From positions 1 through 64,000 of the forward strand of contig QPMI01000294.1 of assembly GCA_004431415.1 (NCBI GenBank): a stretch of 64,000 nt of DNA. Reading direction: 5' to 3'. Below, piece by piece: positions 49,901 to 59,258 of this stretch. A model generated the notes under the pieces. The model had not been told where the DNA came from. It made no database searches and worked only from the letters and a program-made list of their open reading frames with translations. The stretch's first letter is position 1. Each line of letters starts with the position of its first letter. This DNA is from Cyanophora paradoxa CCMP329. Lineage: Eukaryota > Plantae > Glaucophyta. Made by a program: the position numbers and the translations under genes.

Positions 49901-52404
49901 TGAAGTTCGAAGAAAATTCAAAATAAATGAGTTGCAAAAAGTAGATAAAGAGGCTGTCGTAAAGATACCAACCAAAAGAGAGTTGAGAGGGTAAAGAAAA
50001 CCACAAATGTGAATCGAGTGGTTTCCCAAAAAGAAGGAATAAAACCAAATCGTAAGAAAGTAGTTAGAAAGAGATATAATTTGAGAAGTGGATTAACTAA
50101 ACGTTAAGCTCTAATATCAGATCCATCATCTGATTCAATAAATCTTGTAACTGGTTTGAATCTTTGAAATACATCTTTGTGGTGAATTCCTTTTACATAC
50201 CACCCTTTGTTTACAGGATCCCATCTGAGTCCCATACACTTTGCATCGAAATTATCTTTAAATTGAACTTTGCAGTAGATCTTTTCATTTCTGTATTTAA
50301 TTTCTTTTTCATTGATCGTTTGGAATTCTTTCAGTAAATCACTATTTGCATCTTCTGTATACCAAAGTTTCATTTCATAATCCCATTTTGCTCCTTTCTC
50401 TTTTGCGATTTTTCGATCATTGTAATCACAATCAAAGTAAAACTTCTTAATTGTATTTGTCTCCATTTTATTCAGATTATCATATTATTTTTATATGAAA
50501 CAATCAATGAGGATATAACAATCAGATATAACTTCGATTAAATATAATTAATCGAGATTATGATATAACTTCGATAAATAAGATTTAAGATATAACTTCG
50601 ATTAATTAATTTAAGATATAACTTCGATTAATTGTGATTGAGAGACTGAGAATTTGTTGAATTCTGATTGGTAAAGACTGAGAATCGAGAGGATTTTGAT
50701 TGGGATTGTTTGATATATTGGGAATTAATCGATGTGGTGACAGTAGCCCCACTTTACCATTTTTTCCAAGGAGCACCCAGACGGTCGAGACTCCCTCGGA
50801 GGTGTTGAACGCTGTCACGGGGGGGACCACGAGCTCGTTAGCGGGGTAATCCTGAACGTCGTATTTGCTGGTGGGTCCGTAAACTCCCGATGTGATAGAG
50901 ATCGCCCGGACGGATCCGTTGATGAAAACCTCGTAGAACTGAGGAACGGGCGATCATGATCATGAAGCATTATTGTTTTAATTAATATTCATTAAATTCG
51001 AAGCGCGTCCGTGTACTCACCGCAAGCGTGTCTGCATGTTGAGAAAGATGCAAATGATTAGGCGTTGAACGATGCGCGCGACACACGCAAGCTCATGATC
51101 TGATGATTAGGCCTGTAGGCTGGATAATCTTACCATGGTACTTTTCCCCAGCCAGGCCGTCTAAGATGATTTCCAGGCGGCTCATCTGATCGCAGCTCTT
51201 TATGATGCTGCGGCCACGCTTATGCTTAAGCTTGAGGTTGTGATTTACATTACACCGAAATTGACAGCTGACGCACTACGTTGCGCGTTCGTGCGGATAT
51301 GTGTCGCCTGACCTCCAATAATGAGGGTTTGTTGTGTGCCCCGCTACCGTAGGCGGCGTATCGGTCGTCCCATCATAAGTTCCGAAGTAAGTGCTAAGGC
51401 TATAGCCCAACTTCAGAATGCACTTTCGGAACTCATCGTCGTCGTCCTACGAAGTCAAAATTAGAAATGAAATTGTCGTTCGACGAACTCATCGTCATCA
51501 CCGTGAGCGTGTAGTAGCTGCTGTTCACGTACGCCTGATACCCGCGGTACGTGTCTTCATAATAAGGATACAGTTGCCTCATGCGAGGGGACGACGTGTC
51601 TGCGCAAGTCAATCGCGAGCTCGAGGTCAACCGTTGCAAGCAATATCGATCATTTGTGACTGGAGACTCACTCGAGGCGGGAACGCTTTGGTACGTGATC
51701 GCGAAACGGAAGGCGCCTCCGCTCTGGGTGCCGTCTATGCGAAGAACGGCGACCATCTGGTGTGACTCGCTGACGCAGGGGGTTGCGAAGCAGCGATGCA
51801 ATATATCCTTAGCCGACCCATCTCTTATGCCCAAATTTTTGTACTCGTGAGTTTCGGCCGCGGGCGTTTTCCCATCCCTCGCAACCTTCCCAAGCGGGGT
51901 CAGGTCATTGGCCCCTAAATCGAAGAACTTCGCACGAGCAGGATCAGTTTGAATCGACACCCCCGCGAAACCACGCGGTCCGGTGTTCTCACCGCAAGCC
52001 AGTCCCCCTCACTGTTGGCGCTGTCGAGGCCGATCGTTGAGTAGCCTGCTTGTGGTCCTACTTTGACCTGGACCTTTTCGTTCTCCGGTGCAAGGAATGT
52101 CCTAATCGCAATGCCCATAGTCATCTCAACCGACCGAGTGAGCGAGCAAACGCGTGGCGGCGCACCACAATCTATACGACTCTAAATCAACGGTCATGCC
52201 CCTCGCGTCGTCGGGGAAATTGATAGTTTGCGGCGTGGAGGTCGCTGTGAGCGTGATAGCGTTCTGGGTCCATACAGGCGCTTGCGCGAACGCTTGCTGG
52301 AAAGACGCCATAAGCATCAAGAACACGCTGGCTGAAAGGAGAAAGCGGCCCCCAGCGCGGTGAGCAGCAGGGCTCACGCTTCGCGCACGCGCGCGTGCTC
52401 CCAT
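19983..52404 (-). CDS. Giant multi-exon secreted/surface protein (signal peptide, CUB-like, PPC-like x2, WD40, CUB repeats, IPT/TIG repeats, SEA-like, Cys-rich, DUF1565/PbH1 beta-helix GGAI repeats), interrupted by PLV-2 and cut by PLV-1
   Basis: Hydrophobic N-terminus FLLSASVFLMLMASFQQAFAQ; CUB-like ...SSSNVAFIVFSS and GGGWFSASY; PSPTP linkers with FDT..NDD..FYIVVKG; WD repeats 35479-36570; SVSPTSGKLAGGSTVTVSG IPT repeats; DGSFAKPFETI; GGAI/GGAL repeats; short AG-ending introns. A single-gene model is inferred from exon continuity. Confidence 0.65.
28438..28513. repeat. Intronic AAGCTTA/AAAGAT tandem repeat
   Basis: aaagataaagcttaaaagcttaaagagcttaaagcttaaagat... Confidence 0.8.
39525..39840 (+). 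repeat. Left TIR of PLV-2 with six TAATCGAAGTTATATC-type repeats
   Basis: AAAAAAATGGTAAAGTGGGGCTACTGTCACCACATCG... is the reverse complement of the 50525-50764 end. Confidence 0.95.
39917..40210 (+). CDS. Hypothetical viral protein
   Basis: 97-aa ATG ORF next to the TIR, with an upstream AAAAAAATGA motif. Confidence 0.6.
   Translation: MTTIIPEDVEEILQDMPIIPDEQQLSKLIEKTANSAGLNVNKLPSKYKTNLMKGFLSTMETMNTHQYSQILEKRHDVNHTRCKLRRKLILKNAMDTK
40232..40999 (-). CDS. A32-like packaging ATPase
   Basis: GRSNSGKT, VIILDD, TARH, NTQ and IRRN. Confidence 0.93.
   Translation of the reverse strand: MDNTGMDIDLNDIPEFEPARTVKLSTRFLLCGRSNSGKTTYCKYLLYELRDKIDQIVVFSSTAFTGQFRDITHPDNIYEEWDDNVVVKLISMQKKRIENNEKRNNLVIILDDMIGSNLDMHNSAVLSKLITTARHYSITVIINTQRLCSISTTIRRNVEFVVFFNILGNEKEFNCAYDEYNGGLDKKTYKELHKMWGYNYQTVITGLQGYDIKVYTDRAILTDDDMKGFKKFVKRRAIKKRESIRISNEPTTITV
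41128..41145 (-). terminator. GC hairpin immediately after the MCP stop codon
   Basis: GCGCGG-GCGAAA-CCGCGC within AT-rich DNA, adjacent to the TAA at 41146-41148. Confidence 0.45.
41146..42371 (-). CDS. Major capsid protein; frameshift near 41310
   Basis: Homologous to 5709-7079. The corrected C-terminus YGYQDFFNSSSSYMDL..VDIYALRHNVMVL matches GYVDLTNSSSSFLTL..VNVRALMHSFIIV. Confidence 0.82.
42424..43323 (+). CDS. Minor capsid (penton) protein
   Basis: YLNIDSRDRD..TNFTYKIP..NVRACRV; C-terminal LKVRLTYWNG..DWSMTLEL. Confidence 0.82.
   Translation: MTRHYLNIDSRDRDDGTPTNFTYKIPHAIQNVRACRVTNFEMFNNIYNLSENGSLITGTYDAGDVIKTKNNTISKGTYTSDSLVNLLNAKLASQVYGAAGTTYTRHFYVTYDPVTMFLRFMCDATFTLTFGSRILANFLGFPDRRPDSSENGYASALLDSPVTVGANTYNYYIDSAIPLDLLFNSYILLHVDPLKGNYVSKNTSDDKALAKIEIDQTVGSLLKYDSSNNSMILHEQNGLVEVETLKVRLTYWNGAETDITTDWSMTLELITEDDKDLTKKALKNVIKELEGLYLPFSRS
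43360..44108 (+). CDS. Basic K/R-rich viral protein (possible core protein); probable frameshift near 43815
   Basis: ORF 43360-43878 continues in a shifted frame (ENRIKEQPITKEKVEKK...KPGYRR*) to 44108. Confidence 0.55.
44379..44450 (+). promoter_or_regulatory. Shared viral upstream motif AAAA(T/A)(T/A)TGA ... (C/T)TTAAAG ... TATAT (also at 44896-44950 +, 13435-13481 -, 12575-12608 -, 12111-12166 -, 9545-9586 -)
   Basis: The same ordered motifs lie within about 90 bp upstream of six non-structural ORF starts across both elements. Confidence 0.7.
44469..44726 (+). CDS. Small basic SEAQKRA-family protein
   Basis: Homolog of 12303-12557. Confidence 0.8.
   Translation: MPISEAQKRATYRYRKTEKGQEYLKKYNAKFAKQMRDLYHTDECYRAMRIVESSQRLYASNAVCFVKYLYGVPYSNRGRKSKYLC
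44968..48964 (+). CDS. polB: Protein-primed family B DNA polymerase with intact exonuclease; frameshifts near 46112 and 47150
   Basis: ExoI ADFE, ExoII HNLKGYD, ExoIII YLETDV; WDANNLYG, KLMNNSVYGK and TDTDS; EndoVII-like CYIC..RDHDHTTG..ACDKCN; NEDQECF and THY. Confidence 0.95.
49026..49994 (+). CDS. rve DDE integrase
   Basis: FQVDI, VDILSRKG, SGDKEF, GIVDRFTRTIK and YNNSPHSSL. Confidence 0.93.
   Translation: MEQVLSYTKYRQKLINEGVKFDEDELKKRFKNSELNQIFKKPTKPKSFLRIVAPPNSFQVDIIYFKDYKTANYGVDRMLVFVDILSRKGFIFPFKMVTGKEKNDEKKIEILNKFKSQAGTVQALSGDKEFSGNIYKKWCEDNGVVLYTDIAKDDHITVGDKLGIVDRFTRTIKQYLRKAIKSTGNSKWTEFYEDVLATYNNSPHSSLKNDSPNAVYGNKEKETYVYFRDSLHNKHVREGLPKVQEGDYVRAVNPKGVFEKEGARFSEKVFKVAGKVQNKYKLLEDNEGETVREVRRKFKINELQKVDKEAVVKIPTKRELRG
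50104..50466 (-). CDS. Tandem DUF5710-like domain protein
   Basis: Two copies of Y..-AK..G.(K/R)WD...K.WY. Confidence 0.7.
   Translation of the reverse strand: METNTIKKFYFDCDYNDRKIAKEKGAKWDYEMKLWYTEDANSDLLKEFQTINEKEIKYRNEKIYCKVQFKDNFDAKCMGLRWDPVNKGWYVKGIHHKDVFQRFKPVTRFIESDDGSDIRA
50525..50764 (-). repeat. Right TIR of PLV-2 with four GATATAACTTCGAT(T/A)A repeats
   Basis: Reverse complement of the left end. Confidence 0.95.
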
Positions 52405-53752
52405 GCTTCCACAAGCTCCCGATCGCCTATAGCTACCTATAGCACCGATGTCGAAGTAATCCGCGTAGTCACGTAGCTACTAGGCTATAGGCTAGGACGC
52501 CTGTAAATTTGTTGCGCACAGATCGCTTGAAGCTCGACCCCCAGCCGCGCGGGGTCCCCGAGACTAGCCCCGCAGCTGAGCAGGGTCGGACCCGGCGCGG
52601 CTGGGGGGCCGGACTGCGGGACGTCCGCCGACCGATCGCGTACTATACGCGACGACAGCTGCGCATGCAGCGGCACTGCTGCCAAGTCACGACATCCATG
52701 GCCATCTCTCGTGAGTCGTGACCCAACTATGTGACCCGCAGGTTGAGGGAGAAGCCGCTCACAAGCAGTGACAACACTGACAGGCCGCTCCTGATCTGGC
52801 CGCTAGCCTATAGCTAGTAGATATATTGCTATATTATGATTACACGAACTTCGGAAGCAAGACCAACTTGGCAACTTGGGACCTTGGGTTACTTGGCAAC
52901 TCTTCAAGGCTTGGGCCGGGCTGCGCGCGCCGCGGCGTCACCGCCGGCGTGGCGCCGGGGCTGTGCATGTAGTACAGCCAATGCCATGATGTCAGCCATC
53001 ATGGCATGTACTGTGATGTACATGCCGGCGGGCCGGCGCCGGCGGGCCGGCGCCGGCCGGCGGCCCGGCGCGGCGGGCGGGCCGCCGGGCCGGGGCGGCG
53101 GGCGCCGCCGCCGGCGGCCCGCGCGCCGCGGCGCGGCCGGCGCGCGGACTCGGCCGGGACTCGCACGCGTCACGGCGTATGGTACTCTCACTGTTACAGT
53201 GTTACTCACTGAGTCAGTACGTACTCAGTGACTACCCGGGTACCGCGGTACTACGGCAATTTTAAGAACCGGCAATTTAAAAACCCGTCTAACATACTGT
53301 GTAAGGGCCACAGTCACTGAGTAAGGCGAGAATGTTTTTTTACTAAGTTACTAAGTTAGTTAGACGAGTATACTGTAAAGCAGGAAATATTTCCGCCGGC
53401 TCCGGCGCCGGGCCGGACTGGCCGGTACGTATAAACCGACCGTACCGTGCACGGTGCACCGTGCACCGTGCACCGTGCACGTGGTAAGCTTGCAGTTGCA
53501 ATTGTTTGATTGATCATGAATTGAGTTTTTGAGCATGTCTAAGGATGTATACGTACATGTCTTACGTACATAGTACCAGCTGCAGTTAGTTTTTGTGGCG
53601 GCGACCAATCATCTGCTTTTATTCCGACCAATCCCAGAAAGGTACCTATTTGTTCAACTTGACAGTCTTGACTTGCCAAGTTGAAAATTGCACTTGCAAA
53701 CTTGAAACCGAGGCTTGCAATTGGAAACTTGTGGAAACTCGAAAGTTAACTA

Positions 53753-54003
53753 CCGTGTAACACTTAATTAATGCGCCAGAAATTAATGCGTTTTTGGACC
53801 CGGACCCCTACTATGGATATTAATGCGGTACCGAATTAATGCGTTTTGAAGCCTTTTGGCTGCTGTAAGGGGGTACATACAGCAGTTTCTTAGCGTTTCG
53901 ATATTAATGCGGTCCCAAATTAATGCGTTTTGCCAGCGGAAAACGCATTAATTTGGGATCGACCGCATTACTTAAGTGCGCGCATTACTTAAGTGTTACA
54001 CGG
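53753..54003. mobile_element. MITE (Tc1/mariner-pogo-like), TIR CCGTGTAACACTTAA, internal ATTAATGCG repeats
   Basis: 15-bp TIRs at 53753-53767 and 53989-54003; TA on the left flank, TC on the right. Confidence 0.75.
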
Positions 54004-54607
54004 TCGGGTAACGTGCTTAGTAACGTTTAACCACTGGGCCAGGGACCAGGGTACTAGAATACGTATTACGTAATCATCCGAGTCGACGTCATTGATCGAA
54101 TTAATATTGGCCCAATAGGAGCTCGAGTCTTTTGGGACGTCACTCATGATCAGACTGATCATGACTCAGTGAGTCACAGAGTCCGTCACTCATGATCAAT
54201 TGCAATTTGCATGCGCAAGCTCTCACCGTGGTCCGTGGCACCGTGGCACTCAGTGTCGAGTCAGTGACTGCCAGTGCGGCAGTGTGCACACTGTCACAGT
54301 GTGTGACACTGTGACAGTTTCTCTCACCGTGGCACTGCGGCACAGGCCGCACAGCGGCCAACTTGGGCCAACCCGGCCAAGTCGCCGACTCTCCGCCGAG
54401 TCTCCGGGATCCGAGGCTCACTGAGTCACGTACCGTGACGTACGGTACGCGTGCACTGCAATCTGCAGCTGGCAAAGCCTGGCACTGGGCAGCTGCGCCT
54501 CGAGCCCATATCATGGGCCATATGCATGGGCCATGGCCCGATGATCGGATCATCGGATGCCGCCGCGGCCGCGGGCGCCTGCCGCAGTGCAGCCTGTGCA
54601 GGGCCAG

Positions 54608-55158
54608 TAGGACCGTGGACCGGGCCGGGCCGACCCGGGTCGACCCGGTCGGGTCGGCCAGGCAAGCGGGTCGATCGGGCCGACCTCCCGACCCGGGTCA
54701 GACCCGATCCGGGGCCGAACCGGGTCGACCCGGGCCGGAGGGTCTTGGGTACACCCTTGGGGACCATTCTCCACCTTTCTGAAGTGTTGATAAATGCTGA
54801 GATCTTCGTCTATATTACACATACTATGTTTATTACACTTATATGTCGCAGAGATGCATGCAGATGTACATGTACAGTGGACGTGGCTCCTTGGTGGAAT
54901 ATACGTACCCCCCAAAACAGCAGAAGTTCGTTTCCGGAGCGCATAATGCATCTAGATATTGCAAATATTGCATCTTTATAATGTATCTGCTGCATTGTAG
55001 CACGTTTTCGATGTAATTCATCACGTTTGCGGTGTTCTTTCGGTCGAGGGCGGGATCGAAGTACCCCCCCTGAACCGACCCGGGTCGACCCGGTCGGGTC
55101 GGCCGGGCGAGCGGGTCGGGTCGATCGGGCCGACCCCCCGACCCGGTCCACGCCCCTA
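54608..55158. mobile_element. Non-autonomous hAT-type DNA transposon
   Basis: Imperfect 17-bp TIR TAGG(AC/GG)CGTGGACCGGG; 8-bp TSD AGGGCCAG at 54600-54607 and 55159-55166; subterminal CGACCCG repeats. Confidence 0.85.
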
Positions 55159-55421
55159 AGGGCCAGTGCAGGCTGCAGCCTGCAGCTGGGCCGGGCCCGG
55201 CCGGCCTCGCCAATGACTCGCCAATCATTGAATGACCGGACTCGCCATGCCCATGCCATGATGATCATCGGATGGCCCATGGGCCATCAATGGCCCATCA
55301 TGGCATGGCCCGCATGGGCCGGGCGCCCCGCAGGGCCGCAGCGGCGGGCCGGCGGCGCAGCGCTACTGCTTAGTAGGCTAGCCGGGCCGCAGCCGCCGGC
55401 GCCGGGATGGGCGTATACGTA

Positions 55422-55633
55422 CCGTGTAACAGGAAAATACTGTAACAGGAAAATACTGGATACCAGACTTTTGACTCAGTCCACTAATTTCGAGCTCCAC
55501 TAATTCCCTGATGAAACGCGGGCTCATACAGTACCCCCCCCCCAAATTACCGCCCCAGACAAGCAAGAAAGTTTTACGAGGGCCAAGTTTTACGATCCAC
55601 TAATTTCCGATCTGGTATTTTCCTGTTACACGG
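55422..55633. mobile_element. MITE (Tc1/mariner-pogo-like), TIR CCGTGTAACAGGAAAATAC, TA TSD
   Basis: Perfect 19-bp TIRs at 55422-55440 and 55615-55633, flanked by TA on both sides. Confidence 0.85.
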
Positions 55634-57274
55634 TAGCGGTAATCGCACGCGGCAAGCTCGCAGTGTCTCGCACCGAGTCGCACGGGAATCTATCGATATC
55701 GCCGAGAGTCCCGAGACCTCGAATTCAGGAAGCCTAATTATATAATTGCAAGGTCCAGGCCGGGCAGAGCCTCAGAGGCCTGGACCCTGGCCATGGGTTC
55801 GGCCGCCGGGCGCGCGCGCGGATCGTGGCACCCCACTGTGACCCCGGCACAGTGACCCCGGCGCCGGCCCACTCGGTGGCACGCCTTCCCCCCCCCCCCC
55901 CTCCCCCCCCCCCCCTCCTGGCACCCCACTGGGCCACTCGGTGCCAGGCCTAGGGGTGGCGCCAGTGGGAGGGGGCCGGGGTATCCGTCGACCTTTACCA
56001 GATCTAGACTCGGGCTCGAGCTCATGATCAGCGGCTCAGAGTCGGACGGTCTCATGATCAGAGTTTATAATTACTGAAATATGCATGCCGCAGCCGCAAT
56101 ACGGCGCAGTACAAGTACTAGTGAGTGCAGTGCAGCTAAATGTTTTTGTTTTTTGAGAGACTACGTATACGGTGCACGTGGGGCGAACCCCGGCCCCGTC
56201 ACGGCGTCGGTAGTGATATTATATATATAAGGGATTACGTATATATACAAAGTAATCACAAATCAAAGATATAGCAGACTATCACAAAGCACATAATCGA
56301 TATCAAGAGGGATCACGAGAAGGGACACGATCGTAAGAACTTTCGGAACGCAAATTAAAGGATAAGGAGCCTCGGAGAACGAGCACGAGGAGAAGCAATA
56401 GCAGAGCTGAAGGCCCTGAGGACTCGGGACACAGCAGAAGGGAACTTTGGAAAGGATATCTAGAAGGGCTCAAGCCTTGAATTTGAAGGACGTCGACGTC
56501 GACGCAGCAGTACTATAGCTATTAATATTCACACGTGCACTAGAACGACGAGGAGCACGGGGACGCAGTAAATTAAATGAGGGGACTCTGAGAGCGAGCA
56601 CGTTGGCATAACTTTTAGTAAAATTAGTACCAGTGGTGCTAGTCTATAGCTAGATCTGAAATCTTAATCACTGTTAGGCCAGAATGTTAGACGTCGCTTT
56701 TGTTAGACGTTTGCCGCCCCCGCTTAAGCTTGATAGACGTGGTCAAAGATAGACAAGCTCGTGCCGCTGCTATGAGCCATTAATATTATACTACTAATGA
56801 TGCATTTGGTTTTAGTTAGATCTAGACGAATCGGCTCGCTCGTCCGGCGTCGGATCCGGAGGTCTTGGCCGCTTGATTTGGCCACTGCCTGCAGGCTGCG
56901 CATGCGCATATATATGCATGAGGTTCTCTCATCATGATCAGCCCCACTGGGCCATATGAGATGAAAGGGGTCACGCCGCGGCGCTGAAAATTTGCCCCCC
57001 TGGGCAGCCCCCGCAGTGCTGGTGTCTAGAGGCTGTGGCCGGGAATTCACCAAAAAAATGATATTTAATTTCATGAGATCGAACCAAAATCTTTAGCCTA
57101 TAGCCTTTAATTTCATGAGATCGAACCAAAATCTCCTGGGCTGCCGCCGATCCCCGGCAATCTAATGACGCGGCATGCTTAAACAGCAGCACCCCGGCCC
57201 ATAGTTCGTGCTTGTGAGTCGAGTTGTGACTACCGTACAAGCTGCAGCGCAGTCGCGACTCACAACTGCCCGCC

Positions 57275-58196
57275 TCACGCGGCGGCGGGGCGGGCGAGGG
57301 CAGCCATCAGTCCCCCCGAGTACTGGAACGACTTCTGCGTCTCCGCCAGGCAGTGGTCTGCCATCCGCGGCCGGGCGCGGCCCGTCATGGTGCGAGGGCG
57401 AGGGCTTGAGGACGACGGGGCGGGCCCGGGACGCACCCTTCTGCTCGCGGCTCCAGCCGTCAGCCACGGCTTCCAGCTTCTCCTTCACAGCCGCCAGCAG
57501 GTCCGTCACCTCGCCCTCCCACTGGGGTACCCGATTCAGAGGGGGAAGGGATGGGGGTACGGGAGGGGAGCGGCGGGGGGTACGGCACCTTGTAGAACTC
57601 GAGGGTACGGCCGTCCAGCAGCGAGTCGCACAGCATCTTCCCGATCATCTGTGGTGGGTGGGGGGGGGGGGGGGGGGGGGGGGGGGTAAGGGCCTCGGAT
57701 CTGGCCGCGGGACGGCGGTCAGGGGGAGGGAAGGGGAGGGAGCGGACCCGGCCGCCTGCGGTATGCGCGAAGTACACGTTCTGCGGGGTACAGCGCCGGT
57801 CAGGGGGGCACCGTTCGCTGCAGGGGGTACGACGGACGTAGAAGTGGCAGATGAACGCGGGGGGGTCGTTCTTGGCCAGGTCCTGTGGGAGGTACGCGTC
57901 AACCGGGGAGGGGTACATGCTCGGTGACGGGGGTACGGCGCACGGTGAGGAGTGCGGCGTACGCCTTGCCGGCCTCGTTGGGGGCGGGGGCGGAAATACC
58001 CTGCGACGCGAACCTGCGGGCCGTACCCCGGCAATCAGAGCGAGCGGAACGGGACCCGCGCGGATTCGAACCAGGCGATGTCCTTGGCGAGGGCCTCGGA
58101 GCGCTCGATGCCCGTGTTGCGGAACGGCTTGAACTCAGGCCTAGGGGTACGGCAAAACCTCATCAGCGAGCGGGCGGGCGGGGCGCGCGGGGCCGT

Positions 58197-58233
<37 letters not shown>

Positions 58234-59130
58234 CTCGCGCACCTGTCGTCCTGAGCGATGATCGACTCCATCGCGTCGTAGACGACCTTCGAGTCGACGA
58301 GGAACTGCGAACGAAGGCGGTGAGGCCGGGCGGGGCCGTGCGCTTGGCGCCCACGGCGCCCCCGGCACCTGAAGGAAGTCCTCCTTGCGCGGCTTCCACT
58401 GCGGGCGACAAGCCGCATCGGCGCGGATCGAATCGCGCGGAGGCGACGGCGGCGGCGCGGCGGCGGGGCGGGGCGGATCGAATCTCGCCTGGCTCATGGG
58501 GACGGATTCCTTCTTGGCGGGGGCCTCGCCCTCCTTGGGGGCCTGCTCCTTAGTGTGGAGCCGCATCGCCACGGCGCGCTGCGGGCGGGGGCCCGCCGTC
58601 GGCGAAGTGGTTCCGAGCACGAGCATCGAAGCGGAGCGGAGCGGGCGGGCGGACGGGCGGGCGGCGGCGGCGCGGACCATTTCCTGGACGAAGCCGCCCT
58701 CGCGCTCGCCCTTCTTCAGGGCGGCGTGCGGGTGGGCGCCCTTCGGCGGGCCGCCGGGGCCATGTGCGACGACCGAGAAGCGCGGCGAGGCGGTGAACTC
58801 GAAAGTCTGCCGGTGAGCAAGGAAGTAGATCAGGGAACCACGTACACGCCTCAGCGAGCACGGCGGAGAGCCGGCACGGCAGGCCGGCGAGAGGATCTAG
58901 AAGGCGGAGGCGTACGCGGCGGGACTTGGCCGCCGACGAGAGCTTGGCCCCGAAGAACGAAGCACGAGCACCGGCGACTGCGGAAGAACGGCGTGAGGCG
59001 CTGCGCTGGCGGCGGCCGACGGGCGCGTGCCCTCGTGCCGTGCCGCACCCTGGCTGCACGAGACCGTGCTCGCCGCCGCAGGCGACGAGGACGTCGAGCG
59101 GACGACAGCGACGCCGGTGGTGAAGGCCAT
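57275..59130 (-). CDS. HO1: Plastid ferredoxin-dependent heme oxygenase 1 (plant HY1/HO1 type), multi-exon
   Basis: [65 protein letters not shown] and KSFQYSG; the N-terminal MAFTTGVAV...SFFGAKL region looks like a transit peptide. Confidence 0.92.
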
Positions 59131-59258
59131 CGCGCGAGGAATCTTTCAGATGTGTATGACGCGAGGATTCGAGGGGTAGGCGAAAAGTTACGCCAGCTGG
59201 CCGCAGCGCAGTCGCAGACCTGCCGGGTCGCGCATATAGATGCACAGCTAGCGCCAAG

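Larger units (their letters stand above)
39525..50764. mobile_element. Complete endogenous Polinton-like virus PLV-2 (about 11.2 kb)
   Basis: TIRs at both ends; target-site duplication TCCAAG at 39519-39524 and 50765-50770 (5 bp CCAAG if the T belongs to the TIR); ATPase, MCP, mCP, pPolB and integrase genes. Confidence 0.96.

Noticed and set aside
50525-50632. ATAACTTCG resembles a loxP arm
   Set aside because: Only 9 bp match, the copies are direct repeats without the 13-8-13 inverted layout, and no tyrosine recombinase is present.
56172-56540. Purine-skewed segment bounded by GTGCACGTG/CACGTGCAC, a possible solo LTR or MITE
   Set aside because: No direct TSD, only a 9-bp inverted match, and no second copy in the window.
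57063-57134. Direct repeat TTTAATTTCATGAGATCGAACCAAAATCT x2
   Set aside because: A short local duplication downstream of HO1 with no further structure.
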